A DNA stretch of 59,013 nucleotides, from positions 1 to 59,013 of the forward strand of contig JAWOHL010000045.1 of assembly GCA_046485185.1 (NCBI GenBank), in the 5' to 3' direction. Positions 1 through 9,218 of this stretch are shown here, piece by piece (the first letter of the stretch is position 1; the number at the start of each line of letters is the position of its first letter). The notes under the pieces are model-generated. The model was not told the origin of the DNA. It did not search any database and worked only from the letters and a program-made list of their open reading frames with translations. The DNA comes from Candidatus Fermentibacteraceae bacterium. GTDB taxonomy: Bacteria; Fermentibacterota; Fermentibacteria; Fermentibacterales; JCC-6. Made by a program: the position numbers and the translations under genes.

Positions 1-59
1 GAGGATAAATAAGGCGATCATTATTTTGATCTTAACCCTTGTTTGTTTAGCAGGTTTGA

Positions 60-1520
60 ATGACTCCCTCCCTCTTACCCTCAGGCGCCCACCCCGACCA
101 GGCCGGCCTCGAGGCCGCATGCCGGGGGCTGGTCCCGTCCGATGCCCTGACCGCTGCGGTTTTCACTGACAGCGCCGGCGTTCCGCTTTATGCGTGCCCC
201 GATCTGAGCCCCGAAGAGCTGGCCTCAGGGAACTGGGTCTACATCTCTGCCCGAACATTCGGGTCAGTGGGCGTTCTTCGCGCTGAATCCCCCGCCATCT
301 CATTTGCTGAGCCCATAATCTACGGCCTTGGGGTGATCTGCCTCGCGCTCGCCCTGACAGCGCTTCTCATGCCCGCATACCTTCGCTCGAGGGTGATCGA
401 TCCGCTCAGAAGGCTGCTCGTCCAGGCCGACAGCTACAGAAGCGGCAGCGGGAACGATCCCGTTACCGCGTCGGTCTCATTTCACGAACTGGTCGAACTG
501 CTAGCCCGCCGGGAAAGGGAACTGGAGAACATGCGGGAGCGGGCCGTGGCAAGGGCGGACCTTGCCGAAAGCAGGGCTGGCGCCGTTCTGGAAACCCTTG
601 ATTCCGCAGTTGCGGGTGTTGACTCGTCAGGAGCGCTTCTTCTAATGAACGCCAGGGCAAAGGAGCTTTACGGCCTTACGGAAGAGGACAGGGGCAAACC
701 ATTCCCGTACTCCCGAACACCCCTGGGCGTTGCCTCGGGAACTCCCGGCGGGGAGGTGGAGTTTGATGGAAGGTCGTTCAGGGTCAAGACACTTACCCAC
801 TCGGGAGGCGAGCTCATCGTGACCGCCACCGACATCTCGGAGGAATTGCTTCTTGAAAGACGGCTGGCGGAAGAGAGGGCTCTGGCGGATCTGGGAGCCT
901 TTTCGGGCGGAGTCGTCCATGAGATCGGGAACACCCTTTGCGCGGTAAGGGGTTTTCTTGATCTTTTGAGCCGGGGCGCGCCCGACGAAAGGTCAAAGAA
1001 GCTCATAGACGAGGCAAGGCTCGAGCTGGATTCGGCAAGCTGCGTCGTTGATGCTTTCAGAACGCTGGCCAGGGGCGGCGAGGGGCCAAGGTTCATACCC
1101 GTCCCGGGTGAGGAGATCGTTTCATGCGTCAGACAGGAGTGCATCAATTCAGGTGTTTCCTTCCGGTGCGCCTGTGCGTTTGATGGGTTCTACCGCACCG
1201 ATACGGTCCTTCTTGCACGGTGCGTCAGGAACCTTCTGGAGAACGCCCTCGAAAACTGCGGAAAGGAGGAGGTCACTGTAACGGTGGAAGGCCCCGGACC
1301 GCTCACCATCCAGGTCCTGGACACGGGCCCCGGTCTTCCCGACCCGCCCGAGACCGTTTTCAGGCCGCTTTACTCCACGGGAAGGGACAAGGGGCACATG
1401 GGAATAGGACTGACAGTGAGCAGAAGGATAATCCTTGCCATGGGCGGTAGAATGACCGCGAAAAACACCGGCACAGGGGCTTCCTTTGTCATAACCCTTC
1501 CAGGGGAGGATTCCCGGTGA
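60..1520 (+). CDS. Membrane sensor histidine kinase (HAMP/PAS-like, HisKA, HATPase); N-terminus probably disrupted or incomplete
   Basis: H-box GVVHEIGNTL, N-box NLLENA, G1 DTGPG, G2 GIGL; TM helix IIYGLGVICLALALTALL; overlaps the downstream response regulator (GTGA). Confidence 0.9.
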   Translation: MTPSLLPSGAHPDQAGLEAACRGLVPSDALTAAVFTDSAGVPLYACPDLSPEELASGNWVYISARTFGSVGVLRAESPAISFAEPIIYGLGVICLALALTALLMPAYLRSRVIDPLRRLLVQADSYRSGSGNDPVTASVSFHELVELLARRERELENMRERAVARADLAESRAGAVLETLDSAVAGVDSSGALLLMNARAKELYGLTEEDRGKPFPYSRTPLGVASGTPGGEVEFDGRSFRVKTLTHSGGELIVTATDISEELLLERRLAEERALADLGAFSGGVVHEIGNTLCAVRGFLDLLSRGAPDERSKKLIDEARLELDSASCVVDAFRTLARGGEGPRFIPVPGEEIVSCVRQECINSGVSFRCACAFDGFYRTDTVLLARCVRNLLENALENCGKEEVTVTVEGPGPLTIQVLDTGPGLPDPPETVFRPLYSTGRDKGHMGIGLTVSRRIILAMGGRMTAKNTGTGASFVITLPGEDSR

Positions 1521-2773
1521 GACGCATTCTGCTGGTGGAGGACAAGCGGGGCATGAGAACCATGCTCCGTACGGCCCTCGAAGAGGACGGCTGGGAGGTG
1601 ACCGAGGCCGGGAACACAGAGACCGCTCTCAGGGAACTTGCTTCCGCCACCTTCGACGCTGTTCTCACAGATGTCTGCCTGCCCGGTGAGAGAGACGGCC
1701 TGGTGGTTCTTTCCAGAACACCTCCGGGTACACCGGTAATGCTCATGACCGCATACGGAACCATCGACATGGCCGTCGAGGCCATGAAGGCGGGCGCCCG
1801 CGATTACATCACGAAACCCTTTGAACTCGCCGACCTGCTTTCGAGACTGTCCGGCCTCGGAACCGGTTCCGGCCACGAGATGATCGGCAGTGATCCCGTT
1901 CTGCTGGCTGTTCTTCGAAGGGCCGACTCCGCCGCCGCCTGCGACCTGAACGTTCTTGTAACAGGGGAAAGCGGCACGGGCAAGGAACTGCTGGTGGAAA
2001 GGATCCACAGAATGAGCCGCAGGTGCGCGGGTGCCTTCATACCCGTGAACTGCGCAGCGATCCCGCGGGACCTTCTTGAGAGTGAGCTTTTCGGCACGGA
2101 AAAGGGAGCCTACACAGGGGCGTTCGAAAGCAGGGCCGGAAGGTTCGAGATGGCTTCGGGCGGAACCATTTTCCTTGACGAGATAGGGGATCTCGATCTG
2201 ACGCTTCAGGGAAAGCTTCTGAGGGTTCTTTCGGGAAGCACGTTCACCCGTGTCGGGGGCACGAAGCAGATCCGCAGCGAGGCCAGGGTTCTGGCCGCAA
2301 GCAACAGGGACCTTCTTTCACTCTCCCGGGACGGCTGCTTCCGGGAGGACCTGTACTACAGACTGAGCGAGTTCACGATAAACATTCCGCCCCTTCGTGA
2401 CCGCCGTGACGACATACCACTTCTGACCGCGCACTTTCTGGCGGGCAGAGGCGAACTGGCCCCTGACACCATGGAAACCCTGATGAACTGCAGCTGGCCC
2501 GGCAATGTGAGGCAGCTCAGGAACATCCTCCTCAGGGCCGCCGTCCTTGCGGAAGGAAACCTCATAACCCGTGAGATGCTGGAGGTTCCCGACGAAGCCG
2601 CCCGCGAACGCTCCATGCTCACAGAGTCGGCCAGAGTATCACGTGAACAGGAGCTGAAAATGATACACGACGCCCTTTCGCGCTGCGACGGCAACCGTTC
2701 GAAGGCCGCGAAAATTCTGGGTATCAGTTATCGCACCCTGCTCAACAGGCTGAAGGGCCACGATCAGGTTTGA
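1517..2773 (+). CDS. Sigma54-dependent NtrC/AtoC-family response regulator
   Basis: Receiver domain (LLVED, D in LTDVCLP, KPF), Walker A GESGTGKE, ESELFG..GAYTGA, FLDEIG, WPGNVRQL, C-terminal Fis-type HTH. Confidence 0.95.
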   Translation: MRRILLVEDKRGMRTMLRTALEEDGWEVTEAGNTETALRELASATFDAVLTDVCLPGERDGLVVLSRTPPGTPVMLMTAYGTIDMAVEAMKAGARDYITKPFELADLLSRLSGLGTGSGHEMIGSDPVLLAVLRRADSAAACDLNVLVTGESGTGKELLVERIHRMSRRCAGAFIPVNCAAIPRDLLESELFGTEKGAYTGAFESRAGRFEMASGGTIFLDEIGDLDLTLQGKLLRVLSGSTFTRVGGTKQIRSEARVLAASNRDLLSLSRDGCFREDLYYRLSEFTINIPPLRDRRDDIPLLTAHFLAGRGELAPDTMETLMNCSWPGNVRQLRNILLRAAVLAEGNLITREMLEVPDEAARERSMLTESARVSREQELKMIHDALSRCDGNRSKAAKILGISYRTLLNRLKGHDQV

Positions 2774-4454
2774 CGGCTTCGAGTGCCTCGAGAGCTGTGA
2801 GTCCGGGATCCCGCGTTAGGGTGTCGAGAAGCATCTGAGCCCCCCTGGGGCTGATGCGCTGTTCACTGGCCCATACCATTGTCCCGGTCACCATTTCCGT
2901 TCCGAGGACCCCGTACCAGTCAAACCCGGCCCTTTTCGATGCCCTTGACCTGTCCGCGAGCAGGTTTGCCAGGGCGGAAGGCTTCCAGTCCACCTTCGAA
3001 AGAAGCGTCTCGAACTCGTCCCCCAGTTCGAGGTTCAGAAGTCTGTCAACCAGATGTTCACTGACGCCGAGCAATCGCCATGTCTCACGGCGTTCCCAGG
3101 GAGGGCGGGGGAGGAGTGCCTTGAGTTTCTGGAAAGTATCGGGACTGATTGGCTCGGGGGGGAGATCGGTATCGGGATACATGCGGTCAGCGCCGGGAAG
3201 GATCCGTTCAAAAGTTGTCCTGCCGCCGGGAAGGGCCTGCCTGGTTTCGGCGGGAACACCCTGAAAGGCTTCGGATACTCTGGCGTTGATCTCTTTGGCC
3301 GTGGTTTCAAGGTCTTCCGGCGTACCCCTGAACGCAAGGAGGGCGTCTTCGGGGGTCAGACCGAAGCTTGCGCGGAGCCTCTCCGAGCCGGGAATCACAG
3401 TTGGATTGCCCCCGATGCAGGCGATGACCCTGACCCTTCCATCCAGCTCGTCGAAGAATGACAGACCGGGCTGCGTGTACCGGAACAAAAAGGGAGCAAA
3501 ACCCCTGAGGACAAGAGCGGCGGCCCGCTTTGTGCCATCATTGGGAGGGAAGCCCTCGTCAGCGGCCTGCTCGTCCGAGAGAAGCGCAGGAAGGGCATTG
3601 AAGCCGTCGGGGCGGAGAGAGGAGGAGACCAGGTCGGCCCTGAGGTCGAGAAGGGCCTTCTGCCGGTACGCTTCGATCCGGCAGAGGGGTTCGATCATGG
3701 CAATTCTGGGGACACCCTTTATCTCGACCCTGTGTCCCCCGCTGATGGATACGTTCACGTCCTGCCGGACACTGCCTATGCCCCTTCTTACAAGATGGGT
3801 GGAACGCATGGTCTCACCTATGAGCTTTGCCGCCAGAGCCATCTCCAGTGGTGTAAGGAGTTCGGGGGCGGTAACCGGTTCCACCAGTGGAATACTGAGG
3901 CGGTCAGTCCTGAACCACACGTGATGCCCGATATCGGAAACCTCGCGACAGGCGTCCTCCTCGATGCTCATCTGAATGAAGTGCAGTTCCCGTCCGAGAA
4001 AGGGAATGCTTCCGTTGACACCGACGATGGCTGTTCTCTGGAAACCTGTTGGAATGCTGCCGTCGAGGTACTGCTTGCGGGTGATGTGGATCTCGTCCAC
4101 CAGTGACATGTTGAACATCATGGCCAGACGGAGCGCTATGGAAACGGCCTCGGGGTTGGCCTTGAACGGTGGTGTGTCATCCATTTCGTAGGTACAGACC
4201 GAATCGTTGTAGAGAAGGTAGTGAACCTGTTTCTTTGTCTTGAATTCCATCAGAGCGGTTCCGTCGTACTCACCGAACTCGCTGAGGGTGGGACGCATGT
4301 GCCTGAGGAGCTCCTGGTGGTGCTCGTCGTTCCGTATCAGCGCCGGGCAGCGGCAGAAGAGCTTGCCGCTCGTGGCAAGCTGCTGGTGTGTCTCCAGGCC
4401 GCCTTTGAAACCAATTTCCCTGAGTTCGGTATAGTCGTGTTGGTGGGGCTTCAT
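2742..4454 (-). CDS. gatE: Glu-tRNA(Gln) amidotransferase subunit E (archaeal-type GatE)
   Basis: GLETHQQL..KLFCRCP, MRPTLSEFGEYD, CTYEMDDTPP, DGSIPTGFQRT, EEDACR, RRGIGSVRQDVNVSI..RVEIKGV, LPGADRMYPDTD; ATG at 4454 with GGAGG upstream. Confidence 0.88.
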   Translation of the reverse strand: MKPHQHDYTELREIGFKGGLETHQQLATSGKLFCRCPALIRNDEHHQELLRHMRPTLSEFGEYDGTALMEFKTKKQVHYLLYNDSVCTYEMDDTPPFKANPEAVSIALRLAMMFNMSLVDEIHITRKQYLDGSIPTGFQRTAIVGVNGSIPFLGRELHFIQMSIEEDACREVSDIGHHVWFRTDRLSIPLVEPVTAPELLTPLEMALAAKLIGETMRSTHLVRRGIGSVRQDVNVSISGGHRVEIKGVPRIAMIEPLCRIEAYRQKALLDLRADLVSSSLRPDGFNALPALLSDEQAADEGFPPNDGTKRAAALVLRGFAPFLFRYTQPGLSFFDELDGRVRVIACIGGNPTVIPGSERLRASFGLTPEDALLAFRGTPEDLETTAKEINARVSEAFQGVPAETRQALPGGRTTFERILPGADRMYPDTDLPPEPISPDTFQKLKALLPRPPWERRETWRLLGVSEHLVDRLLNLELGDEFETLLSKVDWKPSALANLLADRSRASKRAGFDWYGVLGTEMVTGTMVWASEQRISPRGAQMLLDTLTRDPGLTALEALEAVKPDRGPSAC

Positions 4455-4541
4455 GTCGCTGCCTCCGAAAAAGGATTGGAAGAAGAAAGGGTTCACTGGT
4501 GAACAGCGGCAAAGATAACCAAAGAACAACCCCGGGGGGAG

Positions 4542-4571
4542 TTGACACTGCACGAATCACACCGTCATAGT
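4542..4571 (+). promoter_or_regulatory. Putative sigma70 promoter for the hpf-hprK-ptsH-ptsI operon
   Basis: TTGACA (4542-4547) - 18 nt - CATAGT (4566-4571) in a divergent intergenic region. Confidence 0.55.
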
Positions 4572-4587
4572 TGTTTCGTGACATCGA

Positions 4588-4651
4588 ACAGAAAACAACC
4601 GCGTGAAGTCTGTCGAAACCCGCGACAGTTCATGCGGTTAGTCTTTTCTGT
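4588..4651 (+). promoter_or_regulatory. Long imperfect RNA hairpin in the hpf leader (possible attenuator or cis-regulatory element)
   Basis: ACAGAAAA/TTTTCTGT, AACCGCGTGAA/TTCATGCGGTT (one G-U) and CTGTCG/CGACAG pair around a 7-nt loop. Confidence 0.6.
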
Positions 4652-4675
4652 CCGGGAAAACAGGGAGGAGTCGAG

Positions 4676-5218
4676 ATGAACATCGAAATCAGCGCCAGGC
4701 ACTTCGATCTGACCGACGCGCTCAGAGACCACATCGACGGAAAGCTTTCCTCACTGGAGCGGTACTACGATGGGTTGGACGATGTCCAGGTAATTCTGGA
4801 GCTGTCCAAGGGGGTGTGCTCCACCCACGTCCAGATGAGGGGGGATCAGCTCCGTCTCGACGCCAAGAACAGGGGGCACGACATGTACGCCTCCTTTGAC
4901 GATTGCGTGTCCTCACTCGAGGGCCAGCTCCGCCGTTTCAAGGAGAGGCGCCACAATCACCCTCACCGCGACACGGAAGATACAGCCGCTCCGGTATCCC
5001 TTTACGAACCCAGTGCCGAATCTGAACTCAGGGGGCCGATCACCATCGAGAACCACGTCAAGCTCAGATCCCACTCCACCTATCAGGCCATGGTGGAACT
5101 CGAAGTGAGCGGGGATGAAATGCTGGTCTTCTACAATGAGGAAACTGGAGTGATCAGCGCGGCTTACCGCACGGGGACAGGCTCGACATCCGTCGTGGAA
5201 CTTCACAAGATCGGGTGA
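4676..5218 (+). CDS. hpf: Ribosome hibernation promoting factor (long HPF/RaiA)
   Basis: MNIEISARHFDLTDALRDHI, DMYASFD..LEGQLRRFK; C-terminal extension typical of long HPF; GGAGG RBS. Confidence 0.92.
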   Translation: MNIEISARHFDLTDALRDHIDGKLSSLERYYDGLDDVQVILELSKGVCSTHVQMRGDQLRLDAKNRGHDMYASFDDCVSSLEGQLRRFKERRHNHPHRDTEDTAAPVSLYEPSAESELRGPITIENHVKLRSHSTYQAMVELEVSGDEMLVFYNEETGVISAAYRTGTGSTSVVELHKIG

Positions 5219-5224
5219 AAAGCG

Positions 5225-6199
5225 ATGCAGGACCGTTATCCGGAATCATCGGGAATGAACATCGAGGATCTTCTGGGTCACGTCGGCCTGCGGCTTGGGC
5301 TGCAGTGCCTGACAGGACGGCTTGGCTTCGACAGGCTGCTGACTTCACCTGACGTGAGCAGGCCCGGGCTCTGCCTTACCGGTTACACCCACAAGTTTTT
5401 GAGCCACCGGATACAGATCTTCGGTGAAACCGAGATAACCATGCTTTCGGAAATGAACCCCGGAAAGAGGAACAAGGCGTTGTCCAATGTTTTCTCCTTT
5501 CCCGTCATGGGCTCGATCGTGGCCAAGGGCCTCGAAGTGCCTCCCGAACTGCTCGATGCCTCCGTGAAGGCAGGGGCAGCGCTTTTCCGCAGCCCCCGCG
5601 ACACGACTCCCCTCATAAACGACCTCACCGCTTTCCTGAACGAGGTTTTCGCTCCAAGGGAGGTCCTCCACGGAACGCTGGTGGATGTTTTTGGAGAGGG
5701 CGTGCTCTGTGTCGGCCGCAGCGCGATAGGAAAGAGCGAGGCGGTTCTGGGCCTTGTCGAACGGGGACACCGGCTGATCGCAGATGACACGGTGAGCGTT
5801 CGCAGGAACGGAGACACGCTGCTGGGCTCCGGCGACCCCCTGATCGGATACCACATGGAACTCAGGGGGCTCGGATTCGTGAACGTTCCCGAGCTTTTCG
5901 GAGTGGGAGCCGTGAAGGAGAGACAGCAACTCGACCTGGTGGTGAGACTCGTGGATGCTGACCGCATGGGTGAGATGGATCGGTCCGGGCTCGAAACCCT
6001 CACCACTGAGATCCTTGGCCTGAGCGTTCCCATGCTGGAGATCCCCGTCCTGCCCGGGCGCAACCTGACGGTCCTTCTCGAGGTGGCGGCCATGCTGAAC
6101 ATCCGCAGAAAGAACACGGGCTCCACATCATCCGAACAATTGAACCAGACACTCCTTGAAAAGCTGCAACAGAGGAGAGGACCGGATTATCCGCCATGA
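5225..6199 (+). CDS. hprK: HPr(Ser) kinase/phosphorylase
   Basis: RPGL..G, RIQIFGETE, HGTLVDVFGEGVL, GRSAIGKSE, GHRLIADD, MELRGLG, PGRNL. Confidence 0.96.
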   Translation: MQDRYPESSGMNIEDLLGHVGLRLGLQCLTGRLGFDRLLTSPDVSRPGLCLTGYTHKFLSHRIQIFGETEITMLSEMNPGKRNKALSNVFSFPVMGSIVAKGLEVPPELLDASVKAGAALFRSPRDTTPLINDLTAFLNEVFAPREVLHGTLVDVFGEGVLCVGRSAIGKSEAVLGLVERGHRLIADDTVSVRRNGDTLLGSGDPLIGYHMELRGLGFVNVPELFGVGAVKERQQLDLVVRLVDADRMGEMDRSGLETLTTEILGLSVPMLEIPVLPGRNLTVLLEVAAMLNIRRKNTGSTSSEQLNQTLLEKLQQRRGPDYPP

Positions 6200-6468
6200 A
6201 AACCAGAACGCTCACTGTTCCCAACAAACTGGGGATCCACGCCAGACCAGCCGCTCTCATAGTCAGAAAGGCATCCGAGTACAGAAGCGAGGTTTTCATC
6301 TCAAACGGCGTGGACGAGGTGAACGCAAAAAGCATAATGGGCGTCATGACCCTGGCTGCTGCGGGCGGAACCAGGATATCCATCTCCACTGACGGGCCCG
6401 ATGAAGACTCGGCCCTCGAAGGCGTGTGCGCCGTCATAGAAACCGGCTTCGGCGAGGAAATGCTCTGA
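6196..6468 (+). CDS. ptsH: Phosphocarrier protein HPr
   Basis: GIHARPA (His15) and NAKSIMGVM (Ser46). Confidence 0.97.
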   Translation: MKTRTLTVPNKLGIHARPAALIVRKASEYRSEVFISNGVDEVNAKSIMGVMTLAAAGGTRISISTDGPDEDSALEGVCAVIETGFGEEML

Positions 6469-8222
6469 TGAGGCTTCAGGGAGTTCCGGCATCTCCCGGT
6501 ATCGCCATCGGCCCGGCTTTCCTTTTGAAAGTCAGGGACTTCAGGGTCGTTCGCCGGGTACTCACCTCCGACGAAGAGGCTCTTGCTGAACTTTCAAGGC
6601 TAAGGGATGCAGTAGATTCCGTGGATGACGACCTTTCCAGGCTTGCCGACGAGATCGGGCATGTGGTCGAGGGCAGGCAGATCCTTGAATTCCTCAGGCT
6701 TCTTCTTCGAGACCCCATGATCCACAGGGATGTCGAGGAGCGCATCCGCCCGGGGATGGAATGCGCCGAGTACGCTGTCAGCACAGTGCTTCAGGAGGTT
6801 CTTTCCAGGTTCATCGAGCTTGACGACCCCTACATGAGGGAACGGGTCGCTGATGTGAGGGACATCGGCCGCAGACTTCTGGAGAAACTCCTTGGCACCG
6901 AGAAGGAAGCCCTCGCCAGGTCGGGGGAACCACTGGTCCTTGTCACTGAAGACCTTGACCCGTCGGATACGGCCAGCATCGACACCAACCTGGTGGCGGC
7001 CATTGTCACCGACAGGGGCGGAAGCACGTCCCATACCGCGATCCTCGCGCGGAGCATGGGTATTCCGGCCGTTGTGGCCCTTGGCGACATAACTGCCGTC
7101 GTGAGCCCCAGAGACATCATTGTTGTTGACGGCATACACGGCCAGGTGATCGTGAATCCCACCAGAACCGAGCTGGATTTCGCCCGTGAGATCAGGGCGA
7201 AGTACATCGAAGCCGAGAGAAGCATCTCCGAGAACGCCCTGAGCCCGGCGGTTACCGCAGACGGGGTGAGCATAGAGCTTTCGGGCAACATCGAGTTCCC
7301 GCAGGAAGCTGAGCTTGTGAAGAAGTACGGAGGCAAGGGGGTCGGGCTTTTCAGAACCGAGTTCCTCAGGGCGCTGAACAGGGGCATGGAAACCGAGGAA
7401 GACCATTTCAGGGTTTACGACGAAGTCGCAGCGATCCTGGCCCCCGACCCTCTTCTGATAAGGACCTATGACATGGGCGGTGACAAGTTCAAGCCCGGCA
7501 TGGCCCATGAGGCCAACCCATTCCTGGGCTACAGGGGCATCAGGATCTGTCTCGACAACCCGGTTGAGTTCACTGATCAGCTCAGGGGCATAATGAGGGC
7601 TTCCAGGAACGGGAACGTACGGATGATGTTCCCCATGATCACCCATGTTGAACAGATGGTCAGGATCCGGCAGCTCCTTTCCGGAATAGGCGAAGATCTG
7701 CGTCGTGACGGGATACCCTTCGACGAGGAGATGCAGGTGGGCTTCATGGTGGAAACGCCCGCAGCGGTCACCGCTCTCGACCTCCTGCTGCCCTACGCCG
7801 ATTTCGTATCCATAGGCACGAACGACCTTACCCAGTACACCCTTGCTGTTGACCGGGGAAGCCCGCTGGTGGCGGATCTCTACGACCCCTTCCATCCCGG
7901 GGTGCTGCGCCAGATCGATCATGTGGTGAAGGTGACCCACGCCCACGGCAAATGGGTAGGTGTATGCGGGATCATGGCCGGCGATCCCCTGGCCGTCCCG
8001 ATCCTGCTGGGACTGGGGGTGGATGAACTGAGCGTTGCATGCTCGCTGATCCCGGAAGTAAAGAAGATGATCAGCGTTTTCACCTGTGAGTCGGCGGCTG
8101 AGATAGCCTCGAACGCCCTCACGCTTGCAACTGGCCGGGACATCAGGGCCATGGTATTCTCCCAGGTCACGGGGAGGTATCCTGATATCCTCCTTGACGA
8201 AAGCCTGGGCATCAGGAAGTAG
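6468..8222 (+). CDS. ptsI: PTS enzyme I (PEP-protein phosphotransferase)
   Basis: GVPASPGIAIG, TSHTAILARS, GLFRTEF, EANPFLGYRGIR, SIGTNDLTQY; start taken at the TGATG overlap with ptsH. Confidence 0.97.
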   Translation: MRLQGVPASPGIAIGPAFLLKVRDFRVVRRVLTSDEEALAELSRLRDAVDSVDDDLSRLADEIGHVVEGRQILEFLRLLLRDPMIHRDVEERIRPGMECAEYAVSTVLQEVLSRFIELDDPYMRERVADVRDIGRRLLEKLLGTEKEALARSGEPLVLVTEDLDPSDTASIDTNLVAAIVTDRGGSTSHTAILARSMGIPAVVALGDITAVVSPRDIIVVDGIHGQVIVNPTRTELDFAREIRAKYIEAERSISENALSPAVTADGVSIELSGNIEFPQEAELVKKYGGKGVGLFRTEFLRALNRGMETEEDHFRVYDEVAAILAPDPLLIRTYDMGGDKFKPGMAHEANPFLGYRGIRICLDNPVEFTDQLRGIMRASRNGNVRMMFPMITHVEQMVRIRQLLSGIGEDLRRDGIPFDEEMQVGFMVETPAAVTALDLLLPYADFVSIGTNDLTQYTLAVDRGSPLVADLYDPFHPGVLRQIDHVVKVTHAHGKWVGVCGIMAGDPLAVPILLGLGVDELSVACSLIPEVKKMISVFTCESAAEIASNALTLATGRDIRAMVFSQVTGRYPDILLDESLGIRK

Positions 8223-8234
8223 AGGCAGAGAAGT

Positions 8235-9218
8235 ATGCACTGCATAATCCCCGCGGCGGGCATGGGCACCAGAATGAGACCCCACACCTGGTCTGTTCCC
8301 AAACCCCTTCTGCCGGTGGCCGGAAAGCCCATCCTCGCCCATCTCATTGACTCTCTGACCAGTGTTGGGGTTGACAGGCTGACACTTGTGACGGGATACC
8401 TGGGAAGCATGCTGGTGGATTGGACCAGAAACGCCTATCCCGGTCATACCGTTGATTTCGTTGAACAGAAGCACGTCAGCGGTCTCGGTGCGGCCGTGGG
8501 CCTCGCCAGGGACCTCGTCGACGACGGCCCCGTCATGGTCGCCCTTGCGGATACTCTTTTCGAGGCGGACCTGGGGATTCTGAGGAATTGCCCCGTCAAC
8601 ATGCTGGCGGTCTGCCCCGTGACGGAACCCGAGCGTTTCGGGATCGTTGTGACGGATCCCAACGGAAGGGTTCTCAGACTGGTGGAGAAACCGAAGGAGC
8701 CTGTGGGCAACCTGGCCATAGTCGGAGTTTACTACTTTGCTCAAGGTTCTTCACTGATGCGTGCATGCGATGAGCTCTCGCGCCTCGGGATAACTACAAG
8801 GGGCGAGTATCAGCTCACCGACGCCATGCAGCTGATGCTGCAGGGAGGTCAGCCCTTCGAAACCATCCCGGTCGAGAAATGGTACGACTGCGGCACCACA
8901 GAAACCCTTCTTTTTACGAACAGGGCCCTCCTCGACTCAAGGGGCGGCACCGGAACACCTTCGCTCGAGAACAGCGTTGTCGTTCAGCCCTGCGCTTTTG
9001 GACAGGGCGTGGTCCTGAGAGACTCGGTAGTGGGCCCCCACGTGAGCGTCGGGGATGGCGCTGTCATCGAACGCTGCGTGATCCGCGACAGCGTGCTGGG
9101 GGCGGGTGTCCGTGTCAACGGAGGTTCCATGACCGGATCGATGCTGGGGGCGGGGACGGTTGTCCGCCAGACTCCTAAATCGCTATCCATCGGAGATGAC
9201 TGCTCACTTGAAATATGA
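8235..9218 (+). CDS. Sugar-phosphate nucleotidyltransferase (long glucose-1-phosphate thymidylyltransferase-like, C-terminal beta-helix)
   Basis: PAAGMGTRMRPHT..PKPLLPVAGKP, LVEKP, GEYQLTDA, WYDCG; hexapeptide-like C-terminus. Confidence 0.88.
   Translation: MHCIIPAAGMGTRMRPHTWSVPKPLLPVAGKPILAHLIDSLTSVGVDRLTLVTGYLGSMLVDWTRNAYPGHTVDFVEQKHVSGLGAAVGLARDLVDDGPVMVALADTLFEADLGILRNCPVNMLAVCPVTEPERFGIVVTDPNGRVLRLVEKPKEPVGNLAIVGVYYFAQGSSLMRACDELSRLGITTRGEYQLTDAMQLMLQGGQPFETIPVEKWYDCGTTETLLFTNRALLDSRGGTGTPSLENSVVVQPCAFGQGVVLRDSVVGPHVSVGDGAVIERCVIRDSVLGAGVRVNGGSMTGSMLGAGTVVRQTPKSLSIGDDCSLEI

Noticed and set aside
2742-4454. Ordinary bacterial gatB
   Set aside because: Motifs and central insertion match GatE; no gatC or gatA adjacent
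4572-4675. raiA-motif RNA or 6S RNA upstream of hpf
   Set aside because: Only about 100 nt and a single hairpin, too short and simple for either; kept as an unassigned leader
6600-8744. 714-aa antisense ORF over ptsI (similar long antisense ORFs at 17919-19037, 32536-33450, 37518-38531, 45490-46440, 58042-59007)
   Set aside because: Shadow frames of well-supported genes in GC-rich DNA; no recognisable motifs
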